IMG/VR virus record: IMGVR_UViG_3300042914_002678
Source of the DNA: a virus
Taxonomy: Duplodnaviria; Caudoviricetes
Strand: one strand, 5' to 3'
Length of the DNA stretch: 64,000 nucleotides
Shown: positions 44,391-53,208 of the stretch, piece by piece
How the letters are laid out: each line of letters begins with the position of its first letter
How positions within the stretch are numbered: position 1 is the first letter of the stretch
Translations under genes and position numbers: made by a program
The notes under the pieces: generated by a model
Seen by the model: only the letters and a program-made list of their open reading frames with translations
Databases searched by the model: none
What the model was told of the DNA's origin: nothing

Positions 44391-45062
44391 ATGACCCTAG
44401 ATCTTCATAACTTTTTTAAATTTTATGATGATGGTAATGCGAATCACGTAGCAGCGGTTCAATGGTTAGAGGATAACCTACCTGCTCAATTTTTAGATGA
44501 TGCGGAGACTGACTGGATTGGAATGTTCAGAACGAAACCACCAACTCCAGAAGTTCTTGCTGTTCCATACTTCAATCAAGTAGACAACTATAGAGATGCA
44601 CATAGAACTTGTAACAGTTCATCGTGCGCTATGTGCCTTGCTTTCCTCAAGCCAGGAAGCATCAAAGGCGACGATGAATATGTCAAGAAAGTATTTGCGA
44701 TTGGTGACACTACTGACCATGCGGTTCAGACGAAAGTTCTGGCAGGTTATGGAATTAAGTCACACTTTAGTTACAATCTTTCTTTTGCTGACATTGATAA
44801 GAGTCTTGATGCTGGGAAACCTGTTGTTATTGGTATCCTGCATCGCGGTTCTTTATCTGCACCTACTGGTGGGCACATGTGTGTTGTAATCGGTAAGACT
44901 CCAGATGGAAAGGGATATTACATTAACGATCCATATGGTTCACTCAACGATAACTATACTGGACCCGTAACGAATGGTAAGAAAACCATTTACACCAAAG
45001 CAGTTCTCAAGCATCGTTGGTGCCCAGGAGGAAATGATGGGTGGGGAAGGATCTTCGACTGA
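44391..45062 (+). CDS. Peptidase C39-like protein
   Basis: VPYFNQVDN, TCNSSSCAM, GGHMCVVIG, INDPYG. Late promoter at 44359. Confidence 0.85.
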   Translation: MTLDLHNFFKFYDDGNANHVAAVQWLEDNLPAQFLDDAETDWIGMFRTKPPTPEVLAVPYFNQVDNYRDAHRTCNSSSCAMCLAFLKPGSIKGDDEYVKKVFAIGDTTDHAVQTKVLAGYGIKSHFSYNLSFADIDKSLDAGKPVVIGILHRGSLSAPTGGHMCVVIGKTPDGKGYYINDPYGSLNDNYTGPVTNGKKTIYTKAVLKHRWCPGGNDGWGRIFD

Positions 45063-45183
45063 GTTTAAAAAAAAGATTCTGGAAGAAGTGAAGAAACTCA
45101 CAAATCAAGGCAAACATAAAGAAGCAAGTGAATTATTCGATATATACTTTCCAAATATAGGAGGCAACAATGGCAAGAATTGA
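45034..45183 (+). CDS. Small hypothetical protein (49 aa)
   Basis: From ATG 45034: MMGGEGSSTEFKKKILEEVKKLTNQGKHKEASELF... Confidence 0.55.
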   Translation: MMGGEGSSTEFKKKILEEVKKLTNQGKHKEASELFDIYFPNIGGNNGKN

Positions 45184-45847
45184 CCTGCACAACTTCTTCA
45201 AGTTTTATGACGAGAAGAACCCTAACCACGTTAAAGCAGTACAGTGGTTAGAAGATAATCTCCCAGTCAAATATCTAGAGGATAACATTGATTGGGCGGA
45301 GATTTATCGCGGAAAAAAGACTAGTGCTGCACCAGCCCCTGCCGCTGCTGCAGCTCCCTCTGCCCCAGTAGCAGGTGGTGATGATGTACCGCAAATGGGC
45401 ATTAAGTTAATTAAAGAGTTTGAAGGATGCCATCTAAAGGCATATCCTGACCCTTTGACTGGTGGACTTCCAATCACAATCGGTTGGGGTTCTACCCGTA
45501 AGAAGGATGGTTCAGCATTCAAACTTGGTGATACACTTACTCAACAAGAAGCTGATGAACTCTTAATTGAACAATGTAAAAAAGAGTTTCTCCCAGCACT
45601 TCGTAAAATTCCACATTGGGGAGAAATGTCTGATGGAAAGAGGGGAGCTCTGCTCAGCTTTGCTTATAATCTTGGTGCCGGTTTTTACGGTGGCGATAAC
45701 TTTAATACTATTACTAAACGCCTGAAGAATAAAGAGTGGGACCTAGTTCCCGATGCTCTTTACCTCTACCGCAATCCCGGTTCAAATGTAGAAGCAGGAC
45801 TTGCTCGTAGAAGAAAGGCAGAAGGTGAAGCCTGGAAGAAGGGATAA
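45170..45847 (+). CDS. Phage lysozyme (GH24) with an N-terminal extension
   Basis: LIKEFEGCHLKAYPDP...TIGWG, ALLSFAYNLG, GLARRRKAE. Confidence 0.92.
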   Translation: MARIDLHNFFKFYDEKNPNHVKAVQWLEDNLPVKYLEDNIDWAEIYRGKKTSAAPAPAAAAAPSAPVAGGDDVPQMGIKLIKEFEGCHLKAYPDPLTGGLPITIGWGSTRKKDGSAFKLGDTLTQQEADELLIEQCKKEFLPALRKIPHWGEMSDGKRGALLSFAYNLGAGFYGGDNFNTITKRLKNKEWDLVPDALYLYRNPGSNVEAGLARRRKAEGEAWKKG

Positions 45848-45905
45848 ATATAGTTACAATCATTACTGATTCTTGATCTTAACTGGTCTGAATCTACATA
45901 CTCCG

Positions 45906-45988
45906 AGTCCTCTGTGATTCGGTGAATACTTTACCTTTAAACATACTTCGGTTTGTTTTGTTTAGTACACACTGAGTCATAGAGGACT
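45906..45988 (+). ncRNA. Candidate cis-regulatory RNA sequestering the RBS of the autotransporter-like gene
   Basis: 19-bp helix agtcctctgtgattcggtg / cactgagtcatagaggact whose three non-Watson-Crick pairs are all G-U. The 3' arm holds the GAGGA SD. Internal UUCG hairpin. Confidence 0.65.
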
Positions 45989-45992
45989 TTAT

Positions 45993-48626
45993 ATGTCTTA
46001 CACTACAAAGGCGCTTGCTGCAGCGTCTGCGCTATTAGTTGGCGCACCAGCAGCATTTGCAGGAAATGTCACATTACAAGGCAACTGCGTAAAAATCGGT
46101 ACAAGTGATTTAGGAACTATAGGTTCGCAAGGAAACACCGCACCTGGTATTCTCTACGATTCTACTTGTACTGGAACCTTCAATCCATCATACGATTACC
46201 TCACACCAGGAACTCCTTTTGAGGGATGGACAATTAAAGGACTAGATGCGACTGGAGCAATCATCTTTAATCACACTAATAATAATGCTTCTTATATGGG
46301 TTCTAGTCCAATAACAGGAACCAATGCAGATTATTCTGGTGTCTCCTATCGTGGAGTTACATTTGATAATCGTGCAGTATGGTCTGGTTCAACCTCAAAC
46401 TTTCATATTGAACACGATGTAAGATTTAATGATAATCAACACTTTGTCGATATCAATACTCGTTTAGAGTTTTTAATTAATGTTCCCACTCTTTACTTCG
46501 GCAGATTCACTGACCCAGACGCAAGAGCTGCCGCAGGTGATAGTTCTGCGACTCTTAATGTCAGAGGATATGCAGGTGGTATTCCTGCAACCAATGTGGT
46601 TCTATCAGAAGCACTTGCATCCAAGTATGCTCTTGGACTGTTCACGGGGCAAATTGGTGGAGTTAATGCTGGTGTAAGTGCTGGATGGACTAGTGATCCA
46701 GTTGACTATTATAATGGAGTAAATGATGGTGATGGAGATTACACCATTGGACTTGGTTTTATGTTCACTGGTTTAAATGCCGGGGACATTGTTAACGTTC
46801 AATATGCATATATCTTTGGACCATCCGCATTCGCTGCTGGTTCTGGTGCTGTTGCTGGTGGTGCTGGTGGTTCTACTCCATCAACCTTTACTGTTACTGA
46901 CGTAGGTTCTGCTTCTGCACCAACAACTCCTTCAACGCCAACAGTCACAGGAACTTCAACTGCAGATTCAGTATCAACTTCAACATCATCATCAACTAGA
47001 ACTGAAACTTCTTATGTAACAAGAACAATCAACTCTACTGATACTGATGGAAATCCAGTTGTAAGAACTTATGTTGATACTGTTGTAACAACTATTCCAG
47101 TTACAACCACAACAACTACAACAACACCAGTTACAACCACAACGTATTCTGATGGTTCCACAACAACATCAAACGGAACACCAGTAGTTACCACCTCTAC
47201 TTCTGATGGAACTGGAACGGATGCTGTAACTGGAACTATTCTTGATGCTACTGCTGTTACAAGAACTGTTACAACAACTTCAAGTTCTTCTTCTTCCACA
47301 ACTGGAACCAGAACAGTTACTAGAACTGTAACCGATACAGATGCATCTGGAAATCCAAGAACTAGAACTTATACTGATACTGTTCTTGATACAACACCAG
47401 TCACAACAACCACAACAACGTCCACACCAGTCACAACCATCTATCATGCAGATGGTTCAACCACAGTTATAGAAGGAACTTCCACATCTTCAAGTTCTTC
47501 TTCAAATGGAAATGTAAGTTCTTCTGTGATTGCAACTGCTCTTGATGCAACCGTAGTTACCCGTCCTTCTGTATCATCCTCATCAGTTCAGTCCTCAACT
47601 CTTCCAGTTGTAAATGTAACTCTTACAGAGCACGATGCATCTGAAAACAAAGGAGTTCAGAAGATTGCAAGACACCATACAACAACTACCACAACTCCGA
47701 TGGTAAGAACTGTTGTAACCACACCAGTTACGACTACGACTAATTCGGATGGAACTGAAACCGTATCTAACGGAACACCTACAACTACATATGAGCTTTG
47801 GAATGATGTTGGTATTTCACACACATATGATAACTTGTTTGGTCGTGTAGACCAATTAGAAGTTCTTGGCAATATTAATGATAGTATTAATGGAATTCTC
47901 AATCACGAGGCATCACCAAACTGGAATAAGAGATTAAGAATCTTTGAGAACAATAGATTTGTTCAGTCCTATAATGCTGACGGATACACTGCGGATTCTA
48001 AAATCTTTGGTGGTGGATTTGAGTTTGATTTAACAAAAGGTTGGACGGTTGGTTACCAGTATAATAATGTAAATGTTAAACTTCGTGGTTCCGATTCAAA
48101 CACAACACAAGTTAAGAATGTTCATGGAATCTTCAACACATTCCATGGCAATACATTTACTTTAAATACGAATGCAGCAATTGCAGATAGTAAGTACAAT
48201 TATAATAGAACAGTCGAAGGTGTATTTAATAATACTGGTTCCACAACTGGAAACGAGTGGTGGGTAACAAACCGTCTCTATATGCACGTAACCAAGTGGT
48301 TAAGTCCATTTGTTGGTTATACTGCGTGGAACAACAAGAGAAACGCTTATGTAGAAACTGGTTCGATTCAGTCTTCCAGAACTGTTGAGGCATTCAATCA
48401 AACAACTCACGTCGGTGAAGCAGGGCTCAAACTTGAAACCAGATTTGGAGGTAAGAAGAGTGATGTTTTTGGTGTCAGTGTTGATGGTGCTTATGCTACT
48501 GATAACTCTTATGGTGTCAGTGCATCAATAGATTATAAAGAGATGTTAATTATTGAGGCATCCCACGGTGTAAATGATAATGTAACTAACAATTCTATTG
48601 CTGGTAAAGTTAAGTTTAGGTTCTAA
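45993..48626 (+). CDS. Autotransporter-like outer-membrane protein with a Thr/Ser-rich stalk
   Basis: Signal peptide, Gly/Asn-rich passenger, Thr-rich repeats, and an amphipathic beta-strand C-terminus ending KVKFRF. Confidence 0.75.
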   Translation: MSYTTKALAAASALLVGAPAAFAGNVTLQGNCVKIGTSDLGTIGSQGNTAPGILYDSTCTGTFNPSYDYLTPGTPFEGWTIKGLDATGAIIFNHTNNNASYMGSSPITGTNADYSGVSYRGVTFDNRAVWSGSTSNFHIEHDVRFNDNQHFVDINTRLEFLINVPTLYFGRFTDPDARAAAGDSSATLNVRGYAGGIPATNVVLSEALASKYALGLFTGQIGGVNAGVSAGWTSDPVDYYNGVNDGDGDYTIGLGFMFTGLNAGDIVNVQYAYIFGPSAFAAGSGAVAGGAGGSTPSTFTVTDVGSASAPTTPSTPTVTGTSTADSVSTSTSSSTRTETSYVTRTINSTDTDGNPVVRTYVDTVVTTIPVTTTTTTTTPVTTTTYSDGSTTTSNGTPVVTTSTSDGTGTDAVTGTILDATAVTRTVTTTSSSSSSTTGTRTVTRTVTDTDASGNPRTRTYTDTVLDTTPVTTTTTTSTPVTTIYHADGSTTVIEGTSTSSSSSSNGNVSSSVIATALDATVVTRPSVSSSSVQSSTLPVVNVTLTEHDASENKGVQKIARHHTTTTTTPMVRTVVTTPVTTTTNSDGTETVSNGTPTTTYELWNDVGISHTYDNLFGRVDQLEVLGNINDSINGILNHEASPNWNKRLRIFENNRFVQSYNADGYTADSKIFGGGFEFDLTKGWTVGYQYNNVNVKLRGSDSNTTQVKNVHGIFNTFHGNTFTLNTNAAIADSKYNYNRTVEGVFNNTGSTTGNEWWVTNRLYMHVTKWLSPFVGYTAWNNKRNAYVETGSIQSSRTVEAFNQTTHVGEAGLKLETRFGGKKSDVFGVSVDGAYATDNSYGVSASIDYKEMLIIEASHGVNDNVTNNSIAGKVKFRF
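46900..47790 (+). repeat. Three degenerate Thr-rich repeats (TPVTTTTYSDGSTTTSNGTP-like)
   Basis: TPVTTTTYSDGSTTTSNGT, TPVTTIYHADGSTTVIEGT and TPVTTTTNSDGTETVSNGT in the protein. Boundaries approximate. Confidence 0.8.
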
Positions 48627-48661
48627 AATCCTAAATATAACAGACTTCATCAAACAGACTG

Positions 48662-49000
48662 ATGGAACAAAACAAAAGAGAAAAGTGTATGAGTACTGTT
48701 ATTCGTGTTGCTATTCTGAGTTGGTCTGCTGCTCTCCTGACAGCTTCATATGCTGGTCTTCTTGCTAAGATGGACCCAACCTTTATTGCTACTGTCTTCA
48801 CAGCATCTGCTGCGACATTTGGTATCAATACTATGAAGAAAGGTGGAGAAGATGATGAAAAGAAAGATGAACCAAAAAGAGAAGAAGTGGTAGTTGAAGC
48901 TCCACCTGAACCACCTGCGCCCGAAGCAGCAGCACCATCTCTTGAAGAAAGAGTTGAAGTATTAGAAGGTCAAGTCCAGCCTCGTACTGGAGGAGCATAA
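48662..49000 (+). CDS. Two-TM membrane protein with an acidic Pro-rich tail
   Basis: VIRVAILSWSAALLTASY...FIATVFTASAATFGI. Confidence 0.8.
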   Translation: MEQNKREKCMSTVIRVAILSWSAALLTASYAGLLAKMDPTFIATVFTASAATFGINTMKKGGEDDEKKDEPKREEVVVEAPPEPPAPEAAAPSLEERVEVLEGQVQPRTGGA

Positions 49001-49107
49001 TGTCTAAATCTGCTAATAAGGGCAAGAAGGGATCTGCTAATAATAAAAAGCAGAACCAGGGCAATGCTACTGCTAAAAAGGCTAAGAACGGTGGTAAGAA
49101 AAAGTGA
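49000..49107 (+). CDS. Small Lys-rich basic peptide (35 aa)
   Basis: Manual: MSKSANKGKKGSANNKKQNQGNATAKKAKNGGKKK*. GGAGGA SD. Confidence 0.65.
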   Translation: MSKSANKGKKGSANNKKQNQGNATAKKAKNGGKKK

Positions 49108-49283
49108 TTGAATTTTTAATTTTGACCGTTGCAGGTCATGTAGTAATTGGACCTAATATGTGCCAAACTGATTATCTACACAAAAATGAAATCTATACAT
49201 TCACTTACCCATGCCACGAGAATGGAACACTCCTAAAAGAGAGTGTTGGAATGCTCCAATCCACAAAATACTTCAAGCAATAG
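49104..49283 (+). CDS. Small hypothetical protein (59 aa, GTG start)
   Basis: Manual: VIEFLILTVAGHVVIGPNMCQTDYL...YFKQ*. Overlaps the next ORF. Confidence 0.4.
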   Translation: MIEFLILTVAGHVVIGPNMCQTDYLHKNEIYTFTYPCHENGTLLKESVGMLQSTKYFKQ

Positions 49284-49411
49284 ATAATCACACCCGCCTC
49301 TATATGGAGACGGGTGATTTTTGGCATGAGGAGCAAGCAGAAATATTGAGAAAATATGTAAAAGATTTGAAGGTCTGGATTCATAAACAAGAAGGATGGT
49401 GGAATGAATGA
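49211..49411 (+). CDS. Hypothetical protein
   Basis: 66-aa ORF. Confidence 0.7.
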   Translation: MPREWNTPKRECWNAPIHKILQAIDNHTRLYMETGDFWHEEQAEILRKYVKDLKVWIHKQEGWWNE

Positions 49412-50154
49412 AAAAATTTCTAACTACACTTGGACTATCATTAACATTAGCATTACCTACATTTGCTAATTCAGTAGAACCAAAACAACCAACAGTAAGA
49501 CCCTATAGTGTTGAGGCAATGGGTTGTATGATTCTTTTAGAATGTACTGAGGGTATAGAAAAACTTTCAGTAAATTCTGAATTTTTAAAAGACCCTGATT
49601 TTGATCCATTCAGAGAGGAAATTGTAAGAATCATAAATGCTCTAGATAAACTTGAAATTCCTGTTTATGTTGCACCAGAGAGATATTTTACTCCAAGAAC
49701 AGTGGGATTATACAAACCAAATTATAATCGGTTTTTTATAAACGAAAATCTTGTAAAAGACGAAAGAGAATTTTTGGGAACACTTCGCCACGAAGGTTGG
49801 CACGTTGTTCAAGATGCTATGGGTGGTGGACTACAAACTTCATTTATGGCACAAGTGCATCAAGATTCTGAAATTCCTGTGTGGTTAATGAAGATGACTA
49901 AATTGACTTATGAATCAATGATGCAAAGTCGTGCTGTTCCCTGGGAAGCAGATGCTAATTGGGCAGAAGAACAACTCAATCAAACTGCTAGATTCCTAGA
50001 GATGGTAGCACAAGGTCCATTGTGGGAACAGGTAACACCAACTCCACTCACAAAGGAATGGTTAATTGGATGTGGATTTATGAAACCAAGAGATGGGTTG
50101 TATCCTTATTACCCAAATAAGAAAGTACAATATTGCACTGAAGGTAAGTATTGA
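49408..50154 (+). CDS. Exported protein with an HExxH zinc-metallopeptidase motif
   Basis: Signal peptide and TLRHEGWHVVQD. Confidence 0.7.
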   Translation: MKKFLTTLGLSLTLALPTFANSVEPKQPTVRPYSVEAMGCMILLECTEGIEKLSVNSEFLKDPDFDPFREEIVRIINALDKLEIPVYVAPERYFTPRTVGLYKPNYNRFFINENLVKDEREFLGTLRHEGWHVVQDAMGGGLQTSFMAQVHQDSEIPVWLMKMTKLTYESMMQSRAVPWEADANWAEEQLNQTARFLEMVAQGPLWEQVTPTPLTKEWLIGCGFMKPRDGLYPYYPNKKVQYCTEGKY

Positions 50155-50306
50155 TGGATAAGTTCCCTTGGGGAGTAGTAATATTATTATCTTGTGGACT
50201 TTCCTTTACTGCATATATCATTTACTACATACTAAGGTTAGCTAATGAGGAGATGAAAGATGAAGAACATAGCAATCATTCTGTCAGCGACGAGTCTGGC
50301 AATTAG
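50154..50306 (+). CDS. Small single-TM protein (50 aa)
   Basis: Manual: MDKFPWGVVILLSCGLSFTAYIIYYILRLANEE... Confidence 0.55.
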   Translation: MDKFPWGVVILLSCGLSFTAYIIYYILRLANEEMKDEEHSNHSVSDESGN

Positions 50307-50472
50307 TGGAGCACTTTGCTATGGTGCTTATGTGACTTATAAAAAAGCAGAAGCAATCCTTAACAACCCTGAAGAGTTTGTTGGAAAGGTTGTAGAGAAT
50401 CAAGTTAATAAAGCATTTGAGAAACTACCAATTCCCAAACTAAATACCAAAGAGTTTAAGTTACCTTTCTAA
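50260..50472 (+). CDS. Small membrane-anchored protein
   Basis: N-terminal hydrophobic helix, 70 aa. Confidence 0.7.
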   Translation: MKNIAIILSATSLAISGALCYGAYVTYKKAEAILNNPEEFVGKVVENQVNKAFEKLPIPKLNTKEFKLPF

Positions 50473-50906
50473 TGGATAAGGATCCTTATATTTACAGAAT
50501 CAAGCAAGTTTTAAGAGTTGTAGATGGTGACACTATTGATGCTGCTGTTGATTTGGGTTTTGATATTTCCCTTACTAAGCGAATTCGTCTTGCTGGTGTC
50601 GATACCCCAGAGAGCAGAACAACTGATGCGAAAGAAAAAGCACTTGGTCTTGAAGTTAAAGAATGGCTTAAGAAAAAATTAGAGGGTCAGACTGATATTG
50701 TTGTTAAAACAGAACTCCCAGATTCTACCGAAAAGTATGGTAGAATTCTGGGACATTTGTTTGTTGGTGATAAAGAAGTATCCGCAGTTAATAAGAGAAA
50801 ATCAATCAACGAAATGATGATTGAAGAGGGATATGCTTGGGAATATGATGGTGGAACAAAGAAGAAAGATTTTGCTTTACTAGAATCAAAAAGAAAGGCG
50901 GGCTGA
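50472..50906 (+). CDS. Thermonuclease (staphylococcal nuclease-like)
   Basis: RVVDGDTID, IRLAGVDTPE, KYGRILG. Confidence 0.9.
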   Translation: MDKDPYIYRIKQVLRVVDGDTIDAAVDLGFDISLTKRIRLAGVDTPESRTTDAKEKALGLEVKEWLKKKLEGQTDIVVKTELPDSTEKYGRILGHLFVGDKEVSAVNKRKSINEMMIEEGYAWEYDGGTKKKDFALLESKRKAG

Positions 50907-51773
50907 TAATTTCTTAGCAATCTTTTTTGGTGGGGCATAGAGACCTTTAAATCTCTCTTGCCCTTCTTTTGTAAATTTATCCTTCATTACATCATCTATA
51001 ATTACTTTGTTTTCAATCTCATATAGAGAGTTGGTTTCTACTTGGTCGCGGATATATTGCTCTACATTATCTGTTTGTGCGACCAAGCGTGTGCCTTCTG
51101 CAGAGTATTCAAATATATCAATGTGTCCACTATCTGCCATTACATAATGTAAGACAGGTTTGACTTGTTTAATTTTGATTTTAAACTTATTCTTTGCTGC
51201 TTCTCTTATTAGAGGTTCAGCAGCATTCTTAACTATATTTAAAGCCGCTGTTGATGCCATCGTAGCAGCAGTGGTAACTACTGCGACAGCACCAGCCGTA
51301 GCAACAAGAGAAGGATCAGGTAAATTAATATCGATTCCACCGACAGTAAAGGTAGGTTTGGGTAAATCTGCAGGAACTTCTGCAATTGGCTTTGGAGTTT
51401 CAACTTGTGGGATTGCTGGTATTGGAGGTTGAAAAACCTGAGGGGTTGATGGTGGTTTGGTATCTGGCAATCCTCTAGCTTTATCTTGTTGTTCTGCTGC
51501 TTGTTTTTCCTTATCGGCTTTTACTGCAGCATCAAATTCTGCTTGAGTTGGAACTTTTACAACTGGATACTGTATAGTTGTATTTGGTGCATCTATAATT
51601 GGAACTTCAAGACCACGAACAACCGGAGCATTTATTTGCTGAAGAATAGGTCTATCTACAGTTGGAATTACAGACGGTCCATTAATCCTATTGATGTTTG
51701 AATTTGGAACGTTAATCGGATTATTTCCGATTATCCTTATTAAATTTGTATCAATTTGGTTTATTGGTTCCAT
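50886..51773 (-). CDS. Pro-rich protein with one central hydrophobic segment
   Basis: Likely start MEPINQ at 51773. LVATAGAVAVVTTAATMA segment. Confidence 0.7.
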   Translation of the reverse strand: MEPINQIDTNLIRIIGNNPINVPNSNINRINGPSVIPTVDRPILQQINAPVVRGLEVPIIDAPNTTIQYPVVKVPTQAEFDAAVKADKEKQAAEQQDKARGLPDTKPPSTPQVFQPPIPAIPQVETPKPIAEVPADLPKPTFTVGGIDINLPDPSLVATAGAVAVVTTAATMASTAALNIVKNAAEPLIREAAKNKFKIKIKQVKPVLHYVMADSGHIDIFEYSAEGTRLVAQTDNVEQYIRDQVETNSLYEIENKVIIDDVMKDKFTKEGQERFKGLYAPPKKIAKKLSARLSF

Positions 51774-52383
51774 TAGATTTCCTGGACATTTCTTTATACA
51801 TATCACCCATATCATCTTTATATGTAATAGTTTGTTGTGGAACTACTACATTAATGTCCGCACAGATTTTGTAGTATGGACTTGTTGGGAAGAAATCAAT
51901 TCCTGATTTCTTTGCTTCACCACACTTTAATAATCTTACAAGTTCAAAGTCCAATCGTGCTTTGTCTGCTTCTGCTTGTTGTCTTGAGATTTCAACTCTG
52001 ACTCTTGATTTGCACAGTTCTTGTAATGAACCATCTAAAGGAACATTGAATCCCATTGATACTCCAGCATTTCCAGAGTATGAACTAAATTGTTCTGGGT
52101 CCTGACTTGCATTTCCATTTCCAATTATAAAGGGTGCAAATGAAAATGTTGCTCCTTGACAACTAACTCCACCCCCATAAGTATTCATAGCATAAGGACC
52201 CTGAAGCACCTGAACTGCCTGGTTTGTTACGTTACCAGTCGCAGATGCTGAGGGTCCTGCAATATTTGTATTACTTGGAGCTTGCTGTGCTCTACCAGAA
52301 GCAGTCAATAAAATAAGTATTACTGGGTAAACACAGAGATTGATGTAGTGGTTGATTGAGTTTCTGTGGTGCGATCTATCCAT
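51751..52383 (-). CDS. Exported hypothetical protein with paired Cys (start uncertain)
   Basis: Hydrophobic leader, then GPSASATGNVTNQAVQ, GGGVSCQG, LVRLLKCG. Confidence 0.7.
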   Translation of the reverse strand: MDRSHHRNSINHYINLCVYPVILILLTASGRAQQAPSNTNIAGPSASATGNVTNQAVQVLQGPYAMNTYGGGVSCQGATFSFAPFIIGNGNASQDPEQFSSYSGNAGVSMGFNVPLDGSLQELCKSRVRVEISRQQAEADKARLDFELVRLLKCGEAKKSGIDFFPTSPYYKICADINVVVPQQTITYKDDMGDMYKEMSRKSNGTNKPN

Positions 52384-52679
52384 GTTTCTTTAGCCACTCC
52401 AGGACCGAGGTATGTTTCGCTGAACTGGAATGGAGCACCTTGCGTCATAACCGAATAACTAGCACCACGCTGAGGTGTGCTAGGAATGTTGATGTTCGTT
52501 CCAGTTACAGTATAAGATTCACCAGTTGTATATTCAACTTGGCGTATTGCTTCTACAATTTTTGTAGTAGATTCTGTTGTTGCATTGATTGTGCCTCTTG
52601 TAAAATTGGGCACAACACTTTCCGCTAGGGCAGCATTATGAAACCCTAGCAGGAGCAAACCCGCTAGGATTTTCTTCAT
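52320..52679 (-). CDS. Exported hypothetical protein
   Basis: Signal peptide MKKILAGLLLLGFHNAALA, then a Thr-rich beta-like body. Confidence 0.8.
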   Translation of the reverse strand: MKKILAGLLLLGFHNAALAESVVPNFTRGTINATTESTTKIVEAIRQVEYTTGESYTVTGTNINIPSTPQRGASYSVMTQGAPFQFSETYLGPGVAKETWIDRTTETQSTTTSISVFTQ

Positions 52680-53137
52680 TTAAATACACTCAACTCTATT
52701 GATCTTTGACCTGTAGCAGTGGTTCCAGCACCACCAGCAGTTACAGTAGGAACACCAGTTCCTGATAGAGTACCCGCAAGAGTTCCCTTATCACCACCAG
52801 TTTGAGTTACGCTATCTCCATAAAGATTTGGAGTTCCGATAACGCCATTAGTAACCGTCTGTGTGGTTACAGGTGTATCAGCGGCGTTGAAACTCTCACT
52901 AAAGGAGAATGCTTGACCTGGAGTATTGATATCATAGGTTCCAGCACCACCTACACCACCGAATGATGTGGATTGGATATTGGTTCCTGATGCTGAGTAA
53001 GAAGCACCAATTCGGGTTGATTGAACTGCGGCACCATCAACTTTCAATTGTACGGAGTCAGTGATTCTTGATGTGATTTCAGCAGCATTAACTGGGATAG
53101 CGAAGAATAACGAAAAGGCTAATAGAAGTCTTTTCAT
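52676..53137 (-). CDS. Exported Gly/Thr-rich hypothetical protein
   Basis: Signal peptide MKRLLLAFSLFFAIPVNA. Start at 53137. Confidence 0.8.
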   Translation of the reverse strand: MKRLLLAFSLFFAIPVNAAEITSRITDSVQLKVDGAAVQSTRIGASYSASGTNIQSTSFGGVGGAGTYDINTPGQAFSFSESFNAADTPVTTQTVTNGVIGTPNLYGDSVTQTGGDKGTLAGTLSGTGVPTVTAGGAGTTATGQRSIELSVFK

Positions 53138-53208
53138 TTTCTTATTGTGATAAACACTGCAAGTATTTAGCAAATGACATTAAAATAAATACCTAAAAAA
53201 GTAACAAA

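Noticed and set aside
46900-47790. Possible CRISPR-like or DGR-type repeat array (acaacaac-rich tandem sequence)
   Set aside because: The repeats are in-frame Thr codons inside a CDS, with no constant repeat/unique spacer pattern. No cas or reverse transcriptase gene is in the window.
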